Shown piece after piece: positions 29,860 through 40,100 of a stretch of 64,000 nt of DNA. The stretch comes from an uncultured delta proteobacterium (lineage in GTDB: Bacteria; Desulfobacterota; Syntrophia; Syntrophales; Smithellaceae), in NCBI GenBank assembly GCA_963753975.1, contig CAVWEH010000001.1:160001-224000 (forward strand). The letters run 5' to 3'. The position numbers were made by a program, and so were the translations under genes. Below the pieces are notes generated by a model. It did not search any database. It was not told where the DNA came from and was given only the letters and a program-made list of their open reading frames with translations. Position 1 is the stretch's first letter, and each line of letters starts with the position of its first letter.

Positions 29860-30186
29860 TTATCTACCTTCGCGTTCACTTTTCCACATTATTATTACTT
29901 TTCTAGCAAGAAAAAATACCAAAACAGTATTTATAATTGCACATATTAGCAGAATTATTTTTTTATCAACATGTACGAATTCAAAATTAAATATAACTTC
30001 TATTAAATTGAGAGGAAATGCTATGAGAAAGCTCCACGGCATCGTTAATATACCTATGAACATGGCGGAAAATTTGTCCCCAGGTCGTGATATCATGAAA
30101 GAAAATGCCCAAACGCACGATACAACATATAGGATACATAATATGCTGGGCACCAATAACTCCCGTTTGAACATGTCAAACCTCAT
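29860..30186 (-). CDS. Hypothetical small membrane protein
   Basis: 108-aa ORF with three hydrophobic segments. Confidence 0.55.
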   Translation of the reverse strand: MRFDMFKRELLVPSILCILYVVSCVWAFSFMISRPGDKFSAMFIGILTMPWSFLIAFPLNLIEVIFNFEFVHVDKKIILLICAIINTVLVFFLARKVIIMWKSEREGR

Positions 30187-30309
30187 CTTGAACTTTCACA
30201 TGGCATAACAATTAATATACTTGGTTGATATTTTCCGGACTTTTGTGCAAGTTTACTTTATTTGATAAAAAATGAAAAGAGAAGCTTCCATAATGCTTGA
30301 TTAGTATTT

Positions 30310-31062
30310 CTAAGGCATATCAAAAATGCTAACGCCGGCTGGCGGTTGAAATTGAAACATTTTATCAGTAAGTCCGTTGTTGATGAGTATATTGGAAAAT
30401 TTTACCGAAGTGGAGTTACCGAATGTATCGTTGAAGCTAACCTGCAATATATAAAATTTATCTTTATGCACGGTGATTTGAATAGGATTGAGAATACTAT
30501 TCTTTTCGAGAGGAGTTAGCAGCAATAAATAATTTCCATTTTTGTCCAAAGCTTTAGGATCAGCATAGGTGATGGCAAAATCGTCTTTTAATTTTCCTAA
30601 ACCGGATAGAAATCTGATTAACGCTTTAGATTGGAAAATATTGTCCGCTTTTTGCCGATAGGCTGACTTTTCTTGCGGAAGATATAGCCATGCCGTATGC
30701 TGATTAATTACCAGTTTTTTTGCTCTGGGTTTTGTATAATCCCACAGCATGTTCTTCGGATTTTTGAAGAAAACGCGCCCTTCTTCTATTTCCGTCTTCT
30801 TTATCGATCTAACCGTTGTTTCTTGAAGAAAATTAGCCTTAAAATCCCCCGTATTCTCGTAAGTATGCTGTAATTTTTGGACAACATCGTCGATTAGAGG
30901 AAGTTCTTCGGCCGGGACAATGCCGGGTAAAGATATTATCAAAAACAGAGCGACAATTAGCCAAAAACTGGCTTTAATTGATGTAACTATTTCATTTGGC
31001 TTAAGAAAATTTTTGCTTATTTTTTTATAAAAAAAATCAAAGTACGAGATCATAAATGGCAC
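30310..31062 (-). CDS. lolA: Outer-membrane lipoprotein carrier protein (start uncertain)
   Basis: FKANFLQ, G.VFFKNP..MLWDY..P, C-terminal FQFQPPAGV. Confidence 0.82.
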   Translation of the reverse strand: MPFMISYFDFFYKKISKNFLKPNEIVTSIKASFWLIVALFLIISLPGIVPAEELPLIDDVVQKLQHTYENTGDFKANFLQETTVRSIKKTEIEEGRVFFKNPKNMLWDYTKPRAKKLVINQHTAWLYLPQEKSAYRQKADNIFQSKALIRFLSGLGKLKDDFAITYADPKALDKNGNYLLLLTPLEKNSILNPIQITVHKDKFYILQVSFNDTFGNSTSVKFSNILINNGLTDKMFQFQPPAGVSIFDMP

Positions 31063-31220
31063 ATTTTTTTCTAGGGAGTTTATATCTGTTTCTTTTGCTT
31101 CCTTATAAGTGGCGGTGATGACAGGGTATATTTATAAACAATTGATTTTATTTAATATTTATCTTGCTCAAACCTTAGGCAATTTGGTATAGAATCGCGC
31201 CAATTACGGACTGGCGGGGA

Positions 31221-31266
31221 TTATCAACAGTGATATCAACAGCCTTTTCCACAGATTTGTGGAATA
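31221..31266. promoter_or_regulatory. Cluster of DnaA-box-like 9-mers
   Basis: TTATCAACA (31221), ATATCAACA (31233), TTTTCCACA (31245), inverted TGTGGAATA (31258). Confidence 0.45.
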
Positions 31267-31326
31267 CAAATCCAAGTGCCTGTATCCAAGGGGGAAAATC
31301 TATGGTCATCATTTTTTGGTATAGTA

Positions 31327-32404
31327 CTAGCCATGGATTTTGACGCGCCAGCCGAATTTATCTTCCTTCAATCCGTATTGGATTTGCACAATTTCATTAT
31401 ATAGTTTTTCGGCCAGAGGACCGGTTTTTCCAGAGTTGATTATATATTCTCTGCCGCGAAAATAAATTTGACCGACCGGTGAAACAATTGCCGCTGTTCC
31501 CGAGGCAAAAACTTCTTTTAGGGTGCCCTTTTTGTAAGCGGCCATAATTTCATCTACCGAGAGCGGACGCTCCGCAACTTTCACTCCAAAATGACGGGCC
31601 AGTTGAATGACGGAGTGACGAGTGACACCCGGCAGAATTGTTCCGGTGAGCGCCGGAGTAATCAGTTCATCGCCAATCACAAAAAAAATGTTGCTTGTTC
31701 CGACTTCTTCCACGTATTTCTTTTCCCTGGCATCAAGCCATAAAACCTGAGTATACCCCATATTTGTGGCAATGCGGCTGGCATAAAGGCTGGCAGCATA
31801 GTTGCCTGCTGCTTTGGTGTGGCCGGTTCCGCCGGCCGCCGCCCGCACATGCTCCTCTGAAACATAAATTTTTGTCGGCGAAAACCCCTGCGGATAATAA
31901 GCTCCCACCGGTCCGACGACAATAAAAAATAGATATTCATGAGCCGGATGAACTCCCAGTGCCGCTTCCGTGGCAATCATGGTCGGACGAATGTATAAAG
32001 ATGTTCCGGCACCGTGAGGGATCCAGTCTTTTTCCAGAATTACCAGTTTTTTCAGAGCATCGAGGAAAATATTTTCGTCAAGCGACGGCATACAAAGTCT
32101 GTCCGCGGACGCGTTCATTCTTTTGATGTTTTCCGTGGGACGAAAAAGGAAAATTTCCCCGTCTTTACCGCGATATGCTTTCAACCCTTCAAATATTTCC
32201 TGAGCATAATGAAGACACATTGCTGTAGGATCAAGCTCAAGCAGCCGGTAAGGTTCAATAATCGCATCGTACCACCCCCGGCCTTCCTTATATTTCATGT
32301 TGAAAAAATGATCGGTAAAAATTTTGCCGAAGCCAAGCTTTGATTCATCCTTCGGTTTTGCTTTCATCTTTTCCGGATTGAGCTTTAATGATTTTGATTT
32401 CCAT
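31327..32404 (-). CDS. ilvE: Branched-chain amino acid aminotransferase (+1 frameshift near the N-terminus)
   Basis: LGFGKIFTDH, LHYAQEIFEGLKAY, KAAGNY, EEVGTSN, ILPGVTR; SD GAGG plus ATG at 32404 is out of frame by one base. Confidence 0.92.
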
Positions 32405-32514
32405 AAATACCTCTTAAACCGAGTTGCCTCTATATCAGATATTACCTTAATTGGCTCTATCCGGCCACTCTTTGTTCAAAGTTTAATATATTAATATAAT
32501 TTTTGTACTTATCA

Positions 32515-34045
32515 TCAAATTAAACTGCGATCAAGAGATCGATACTGAATTGCTTCGGCTACATGAGCTGATTCGATGCTTTCCTTGTCCTTCCAGATCG
32601 GCGATCGTGCGGGAAACTTTCAATATCCGGTTTACCGCCCGGGCGCTTAATCCCAGTTTTTCAATAGCCATTTCAATGAGCTTATGCGAATCTTCGCCGA
32701 TGGGGCAAAAATTCTTTATTTGCTTCTCCGTCATGCGGGCATTACATAGAGTACTATCAACACCGAAACGTTTTTTCTGTAATTCCCGCGCATAGTTTAC
32801 GCGACTTTTGATGGTCGAGGAGGATTCCCCCAATTCTTTGTCGGAAAGTGCCCGATATTTGACCGAAGGCACTTCGATATGCATATCTATCCGATCCAAG
32901 AGTGGCCCTGATATTTTGGCTTGATACTGTCGAATTTGCTGCGCACTGCAGCGACAGGTGCGGATACGATCGCCGAAATAACCACAAGGGCAAGGATTCA
33001 TAGCGGCAACCAGCATAAATTTTGCGGGGAAAGATGCTGTTATTGCAGAACGAGTAATTGTTATGGCGCCTTCTTCCAATGGCTGACGAAGAGCTTCCAA
33101 TGCGTTTTTTTTAAACTCGGGCAGTTCATCCAAAAAAAGAACTCCTAAATGAGCAAGACTTATTTCGCCCGGCCGCGGCATCTGTCCGCCTCCAACCAGA
33201 CCGACATCGGATATTGTGTGATGCGGCGAACGAAAGGGACGTACGGCAACTAAAGATTTGTTTCTATTCAATGAACCCGCGACAGAAAATACTTTTGTTA
33301 CTTCAATAGCCTCCTCGAAAGAAATATCTGGCAATATAGTGGGGAGTCTTTTTGCCAGCATACTTTTACCGGAGCCCGGGGGGCCGATCATCAGCACATT
33401 GTGACCTCCGGCCGCCGCAATTTCCAACGCCCTCAATGCTTGCTTCTGTCCTTTAATTTCATTAAAATCGACTTCATATTGACGCGTTTTCTGAAAAATC
33501 TTGCTTATATCCAAAGAAAGAGGCTCGATATTGTGTCGTCCGTTAAAAAATTCCACAACATCCGGCAATGTTTTGATCGGGAAAACATTAATTCCTTCGA
33601 CCATAGCCGCTTCGGCAGCATTTTCTTCGGGAACGAAAACCGACTTGACACCTGTTTCCTTTGCTTTAAAGACAGCAGTCAGCACGCCGCTTACTCCTTT
33701 AATACTGCCGTCCAGCGATAATTCTCCGATAAAAAAGCAGTCACGCAAAACAGTTTCTTTAATCAATTCTTCCGCGGCTAAAATGCCTACGGCAATGGGA
33801 AGATCAAAACCGGTTCCTTCTTTCTTAATGTCCGCCGGAGCTAAATTTACGGTCACATGGCTGCGGGGAAAGCGGTAGCCGGAATTCTTTATGGCGGCTT
33901 TAATTCGGTCTCTGCTTTCTTTGACGGAAGCATCGGGCAGTCCAACAGTGGCAAATTGAGGCAGCCCCTGGGATATGTCCACTTCCACGAACACGGGGTA
34001 CGATTCCATGCCGATGACGCTCATGCTAAATACTTTAACAAACAC
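32515..34045 (-). CDS. comM: YifB/ComM Mg-chelatase-like AAA+ ATPase (+1 frameshift near the C-terminus)
   Basis: VGLPD, NLAPAD, GPPGSGKS, FRSPHH, LDELPEF, NPCPCG; canonical end HVAEAIQYR lies in another frame and stops at 32515. Confidence 0.9.
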
Positions 34046-34216
34046 TAATATTCTCCAGCTTCAGTTTTGTCAAAAATACTAGCGAATCGCAATATTTATA
34101 TCAAGTTTTTTAATTCAATAAAAAATGTGAGACTTTCTTGACTCATTAATTGCGCTATGTTAGAGTCCGCCGACATCAATTGGTTACATAATTAATTCCT
34201 GAGTTCATTAACTGCC

Positions 34217-34723
34217 ATGCGAAAATTATCCCATGTAAATAGAAAAGGTCAAGTTCAAATGGTGGATATTACAGCTAAGGGGGAGACTCTTCGCCAAGCG
34301 AAGGCTGTCGGAATTGTCCAGATGGATAGCCGGACTTTGGAGTTGATTGAAAAAGGGCAAATTGTTAAAGGGAATGTTTTGACAGCGGCAAAGATTGCGG
34401 GCATTATGGCGGCAAAAAAAACCGGAGAACTTATTCCTCTTTGCCATCCGCTGGAGGTGACCGCAGTAGAAGTAAATTTAGAAATTGACCGCAATAAATC
34501 TCAAATCATCATTCAATCGGAAGTAAAAAATATGGGCAGAACGGGCGTGGAAATGGAAGCTCTTACCGCTGTCAGTATAGCTGCCTTGACTATTTACGAT
34601 ATGTGCAAGGCGGTTGATAAGAGAATAATTATAGGAAATATCATGCTTCTGGAAAAAAGCGGCGGTAAAAGCGGCACTTTTGTTCGTGAAACTCCAATTC
34701 CGAAAGCGAAGCGTATAACCTGA
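34217..34723 (+). CDS. moaC: Cyclic pyranopterin monophosphate synthase
   Basis: LSH..MVD, AGIMAAK, LIPLCHP, TGVEMEAL, YDMCKAVD, KSGGKSG. Confidence 0.95.
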   Translation: MRKLSHVNRKGQVQMVDITAKGETLRQAKAVGIVQMDSRTLELIEKGQIVKGNVLTAAKIAGIMAAKKTGELIPLCHPLEVTAVEVNLEIDRNKSQIIIQSEVKNMGRTGVEMEALTAVSIAALTIYDMCKAVDKRIIIGNIMLLEKSGGKSGTFVRETPIPKAKRIT

Positions 34724-34903
34724 AGGTCACATGTCGGAATTGGTAAGTTGTAATGAGACCCAAACTTCAGAAACAGAGTGCATAACCTGAAGGTCATCTA
34801 CGACTGGAGCTTGCAGGTCGAATTATCCCGCACAGCGGAGGATATGATCCGTAGCTTGCTGTGGACTCGGTTTCTGAGCTTGCTTGGAAATCATATCCGT
34901 GAT
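34685..34903 (+). repeat. Hairpin element family 1, copy B (overlaps the moaC 3' end)
   Basis: CGTGAAACTCCAATTCCG...TCGGAATTGGTAAGTTGTAATGAGACC...CCCGCACAGCGG...CATATCCGTGAT. Confidence 0.9.
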
Positions 34904-34982
34904 CAGAAAGAAAAATAAAGCCATTCAATAAAACCCTCATTACGAATGGCTGGAATGATAGAATTACGTGGTCAAGCAATAA

Positions 34983-35498
34983 ATGGCACAAAATATTTTT
35001 AAAGTCAGGCGGGCTTTTCTTATACCTTTAACGGCAGTAATTGTCCTTCTGTTTCTGTTGTTGCTGATCAGTTTATTTAGAGGGCAAATGGGGGAAAGAA
35101 TAGTTCTGGCGGTTTTTTTTATTGGTTCTTTATTGACCGACATTGAAACGGCAAGAAGAGAAATTGTCGTGACCGAAGAAGGGTTGCAATTAAAAAAGTT
35201 TTTCCGGACAAAAAATTTTTTTTGGCGGGAAATCACCCATCTGGGGGTTGTGGAACTGCGCAATAAAGCCTATTTTTTATTAACAACGACCAAGGGATTT
35301 TATTTTTTCTCCAATATATTAGAAAAACACTCTTTACTTGTTCGCTCTCTTGTGGATAAGCTCGGAGCAGAAAAAGTGGAAATAGAAGTAAAAAATTATT
35401 TAGATCATCCTGTCGAGCGACTTTCTTTGATTGTTATGAGTTGGATTACGGTATTTATCATTATTGTCGTTTTAATTTTAAAATTTTTGCCAGCTTAA
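34983..35498 (+). CDS. Hypothetical membrane protein (PH-like domain possible)
   Basis: Two N-terminal TM helices, soluble beta-rich middle (W.EIT), one C-terminal TM. Confidence 0.7.
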   Translation: MAQNIFKVRRAFLIPLTAVIVLLFLLLLISLFRGQMGERIVLAVFFIGSLLTDIETARREIVVTEEGLQLKKFFRTKNFFWREITHLGVVELRNKAYFLLTTTKGFYFFSNILEKHSLLVRSLVDKLGAEKVEIEVKNYLDHPVERLSLIVMSWITVFIIIVVLILKFLPA

Positions 35499-35574
35499 AT
35501 TTAAAAAAACATATTGAGAAACACACATTTTTAATTCTTAATTTAATCTTGTCCGGAAGGGGGAACTTCAAAAA

Positions 35575-35880
35575 ATGCAATCGAAAAAGCAAAAGAGTTC
35601 AAGAGTAGTAATGAATGTGAAGGAAACCCCTTACGCGGTTGTTGAAGAAGTGTTGGAAAAAAAGCTGGAAGATGTTGCCACCGTTTTATCGGCTTCCGGC
35701 GGTCGTAAAAGTAAGCTTTACGAACAAGTTATGTCGATGGTGGAAAAAGGCTTGTTTAAAATTGCTCTGCGCCGTTCCAACTACGTGAAAAGTACGGCGG
35801 CCGTTTTTCTGGGAATTAGCCGCAATACGTTTACCGATAAAATGGTCAAATTAGGTATCAACTGTGAAAAGAATAAATAA
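35575..35880 (+). CDS. Fis-family HTH protein
   Basis: LYEQVM..VEK.L...AL......AA..LGISRNT...K. Confidence 0.8.
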   Translation: MQSKKQKSSRVVMNVKETPYAVVEEVLEKKLEDVATVLSASGGRKSKLYEQVMSMVEKGLFKIALRRSNYVKSTAAVFLGISRNTFTDKMVKLGINCEKNK

Positions 35881-35897
35881 GTACTATAAAAACATCT

Positions 35898-37166
35898 ATG
35901 ACTAGAGCTTTTAAAAAAAATCTAAACTTACCTGAAAAGGTAACTTGTCTCTTAAAGAAAGGGGTTCGGATGACGGCCCCTTTTTCTGTGGAAATCGGCG
36001 AGGAAGTAAATCCGGACAGAATTGACGGTTCTTTAATAATTTACGGTGCGGCAAGGATTTGCGGAGAAAATACGTTAATTGCTCAAGATGTAAAACTGGG
36101 ATATGAAGCGCCTGTTAATTTGATTAACTGCCAACTGGGAACGGCAGTGGAGCTCAAGGGTGGGTACTTTGCCGATTCGGTTTTCCTGGATAAGGTAGCA
36201 ATGGGTAGCAATGCACAAGTCCGCTCCGGTTGCCTTTTAGAAGAAGAATCCAGGGGAAATCACACTGTCGGTCTAAAGCAGACAATCCTATTTCCTTTCG
36301 TGACTCTGGGCAGTCTGATCAATTTTTGTGATTGCCTGATAGCGGGTGGCACAAGCCGGAAAAATCATAGCGAAGTAGGTAGTTCTTATATCCATTTCAA
36401 TTACACTCCCCAGCAGGACAAGGCAACCCCTTCTTTAATGGGAGATGTTCCGCGAGGAGTAATGTTGCGCGAAGAGCCGATATTCCTGGGCGGTCAGGGG
36501 GGGCTGGTGGGGCCGCTGCAAATAGCATACGGTATAGTTATTCCGGCAGGTGTTATTTGCCGGCAGGATTGCCTAACTGCGGGAATGATTTGCTCTCCTT
36601 CTGTTTTATCACGCGAGCGCAAAAAATTTATTCCCGGAAATTATGGTGATATTAGCCGCAAGGTTCACCACAATATAGTTTATATCGCCAATTTATTGGC
36701 TTTAAGACAGTGGTATCGCTTTGTTCGCCGCGAATTCTTTATTAGATCTAAGTACGGCGAGGCTCTATATGCCGGGACCCTTGATGTTCTAGATAAAGCC
36801 ATTGCCGAAAGAATCAGACAGATGCGACTGTTTGCGCAAAACTTGGAGAAAACAATTATGCTTGCAGAAAAAATGAAGAAAGGCTTGTCTGGTACGGCGC
36901 GGCGCAAACAAAAACAATTTATCCGCGATTGGCCGCAGATGGAGGAGCATCTATCCGGTAATAATGAGGAAGAAATTTCTTTGAAGAAAAAGGGAACGTT
37001 TATAAAAATATTACAACGCCGGTCAGGTAAGACTAATTCTTATCTGCAGACAATGCGGTCATTAACGTCCCTGGAAACCAGAGTGGGTGTAGATTGGTTG
37101 AATGATGTTGTTTGGGAGGTTGCCGCCGGGTGTATGAAAATCTCTGGCGTTCTGCGGCAAAAATAA
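35898..37166 (+). CDS. GlmU-like left-handed beta-helix acetyltransferase with no recognisable uridyltransferase domain
   Basis: Hexapeptide repeats; EVGSSYIHFNY..QDKAT...GD resembles the GlmU C-domain; directly upstream of the glmS-like gene. Confidence 0.6.
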   Translation: MTRAFKKNLNLPEKVTCLLKKGVRMTAPFSVEIGEEVNPDRIDGSLIIYGAARICGENTLIAQDVKLGYEAPVNLINCQLGTAVELKGGYFADSVFLDKVAMGSNAQVRSGCLLEEESRGNHTVGLKQTILFPFVTLGSLINFCDCLIAGGTSRKNHSEVGSSYIHFNYTPQQDKATPSLMGDVPRGVMLREEPIFLGGQGGLVGPLQIAYGIVIPAGVICRQDCLTAGMICSPSVLSRERKKFIPGNYGDISRKVHHNIVYIANLLALRQWYRFVRREFFIRSKYGEALYAGTLDVLDKAIAERIRQMRLFAQNLEKTIMLAEKMKKGLSGTARRKQKQFIRDWPQMEEHLSGNNEEEISLKKKGTFIKILQRRSGKTNSYLQTMRSLTSLETRVGVDWLNDVVWEVAAGCMKISGVLRQK

Positions 37167-37172
37167 GAAACA

Positions 37173-40100
37173 ATGTTAGTTGCGCAAATATTAAGTACGA
37201 TAAAAGATATAAGACTTTATTTCAAGGTCTGCAAAATATTTGTTGGAAAAAATCCGGCTTACATTAGCGCTCCGGCAATAATATTTTTCCCGGTTATACC
37301 TTTTCAGCTTAACTGCGGTTTTGCCGGTTTGATGACTTTTCGGGCTCGGCAAAAATCTGCAAGTTTAAATGCTGATTTAGAGCTTATGCAATTGTGGGAT
37401 AAGATTAAACGTTCGTCACTTGAAAATGTTTTAGCTGGAGATATTGTCGCTAAAGCTTATATGTGCGGACTTGATGTACTTACCTCCATGGAAAAAGCTG
37501 CGTTGGAGCTGAAGCGGGAGAGTGCTCAGGAAACTCTTTTCTTTCAGAAGCAAAGAGCCAAAAAACTTTCTAATTTAGCCGATGCAATAAAAGCATTTTT
37601 GGCTCAGGAAGAGAAGATGCTGGAAGATCAAGCTGTAAAATTTACCTCTGCTGATCTGGAAACCATCAATCGCGGGATTATTCTGCTTAAGGATATTCAG
37701 TGGACTTTGGGAAAAGACATTTTGGCGAATTTTGATAAAATTACCGCTGTTTCGGGTGCGGCTAAACCAACGGCAATAAACCCGGCAGCCTTTAAAAAAT
37801 ACCGGAAAATCAATTTCCTGCTCAATTCCCTGGACCGCCTCGAAGTGCGAGGGCGAGATTCGGCGGGACTGCAAATTGTATTCACCCTCGAAAACGAAAA
37901 AACGATGGAAAACATAATGCTCGAGCTGAAGGAAAAAAGTTTATATGAAGACTACTGGAAGCGGTCACGGGAGGGGGACCTCGCTAATGGTTCAATACGG
38001 GTTGCGCCTGTAGTATTTACCGGAAGCAAAAAGGGAATAAATATAACCTTTACCTATAAGACGTTTTCTATCGTCGGCGAATTGGGTCGCAACGTCCGTG
38101 ATTTAAGACAGGTCATCAGAGAAGACCAAATCCTGCAATGTTTTGCCCCGTTGGATACGGCGTGCGAAACAGCTATTACCCATACGCGCTGGGCTTCCGT
38201 TGGCTCCATTACGGAAGAAAATTGTCATCCGATCAATAACTTCAAGCCTGATCAAGCCGTTCAATCCTTCCCTTTTTATCCGAAATCCAAGGCTCAAATT
38301 AATATAGTCTTAAATGGAGATATTGATAACTATTCGGCACTCCGCGCGGACTTGGAAACGCGTAATGAATGGATTGCGCCCGAAATTACAACCGATACAA
38401 AAGCTATCCCTCTGCAAATTGAGAAATATTTAATGGCCGGAGATAATCTTGCCGACTCCTTTCGCTTGGCGCTGAAAGATTTTGATGGGTCGCATGCCAT
38501 AGCTATGACCAGTGATTTGGAACCCGGCAAGGTTTTTTTGGCGCTTAAGGGCAGCGGTCAGTCTATCTATGTTGGGATTGGGTCCGATCAGTATATGTTT
38601 TCTTCGGAACTCTATGGTCTGGTAGAAGTGATGCCGAATTTCATAAAAATGAACGGCGAGTCGAATGTTGATGGTGAAAACTCGGCAGCGGGACAAATTT
38701 TTATTTTGGACCAAAATTCCTGCGGGGGGTTAGCAGGAATTGCCGCTTATCATTATGACGGCACAAAAATTAGTTTAAAAGAAAGTGAAATACAAAAAGC
38801 CGAAATGACGACCCGCGACATCGATCGCGGCGCTTATCCGCATTTTTTCCTGAAGGAAATTTTCGAATCTGTTGTCTCCATAAGAAAAACCTTGCGGGGC
38901 AAATACCGCATTTTGACGAGCGACAAATCTTTGCCGCAAGTCATCTTCAACTTAGGCGCAGATATTGTTCCGGAGGCTGTTCGCGTAGGTCTCCAAAACG
39001 GTGCTATTAAGAATATCATAGTCATCGGCCACGGGACTGCCGCTGTTGCCGGGCTGGCCATAGCCGATGCTCTGGAATCTTATTTGAAGGGCAGAAGCCT
39101 TAATATAATGGCCAGAGTGGCTTCCGAATTAAGCGGTTTTTTGTTAAAAGACGATTTGTCGGATACACTCGTAATTCCGATCACTCAATCCGGAACAACA
39201 ACAGATACGAATCGTGCTGTGGCAATGGCCAAAGAGAGGGGCGCTTTTATAATTTCCATAGTAAACAGAAGGCAATCGGATATTACCACTAAATCGCATG
39301 GAATATTTTACACCAGCGACGGTCGCGATATAGAAATGTCCGTTGCTTCCACAAAAGCTTTTTATTCCCAGATCATTGCCGGGCAAGTTCTAGCCCTTTT
39401 TCTGGCGCAAGTAATGAAAACCAGAACCGATGACTACATAGTTCGGGAACTGCACAATCTGGAGACGGTGCCCAAATTAATGGCGCGGGTCTTTGAACGA
39501 AGGACTCAAATTTCCGCTTCGGTCGATAAAACTTTGGCCAAGAAATTCTGGGCGGTTGTAGGCAGCGGGCCCAATAAAGCGGCCGCCGATGAAATAAGAA
39601 TCAAACTCAGCGAGCTTTGTTATAAAACGATTTCTTCCGATATCGTGGAAAACAAAAAGCATATTGATTTATCGGCAGAACCTTTAATATTGGTTTGCGC
39701 TTCCGGTAATCCGGAGCCGGTTGTGGAAGATATTGCCAAAGACGTGGCAATTTTTAAAGCACACAAAGCCGCAGTTATAGTTTTTGCGGAAGAGGGGGAC
39801 GATCGGTTCGATAAAATCGCCGATGCGGTGATTCCAATTCCCTCTGCTTCCATGCCGCTGCCGGTAATACTGAATACTATGGCGGGGCACTTGTGGGGAT
39901 ATTATGCTGCTTGTGCTATTGATAAAGAAGCTCTCGTTTTCCGGGAATTTAGAAACCGTTTGAATTTGGCTCTGACCGAACAGGCCAAGATAAATTACTC
40001 GTTGTATGAGAGAATTGCGGATCCCCATTTTCGCCACCTGATAAATGATTTTTACCATACCTTTAATGGTCAACGTAATGATGGCGCTTTCAATTTATTA

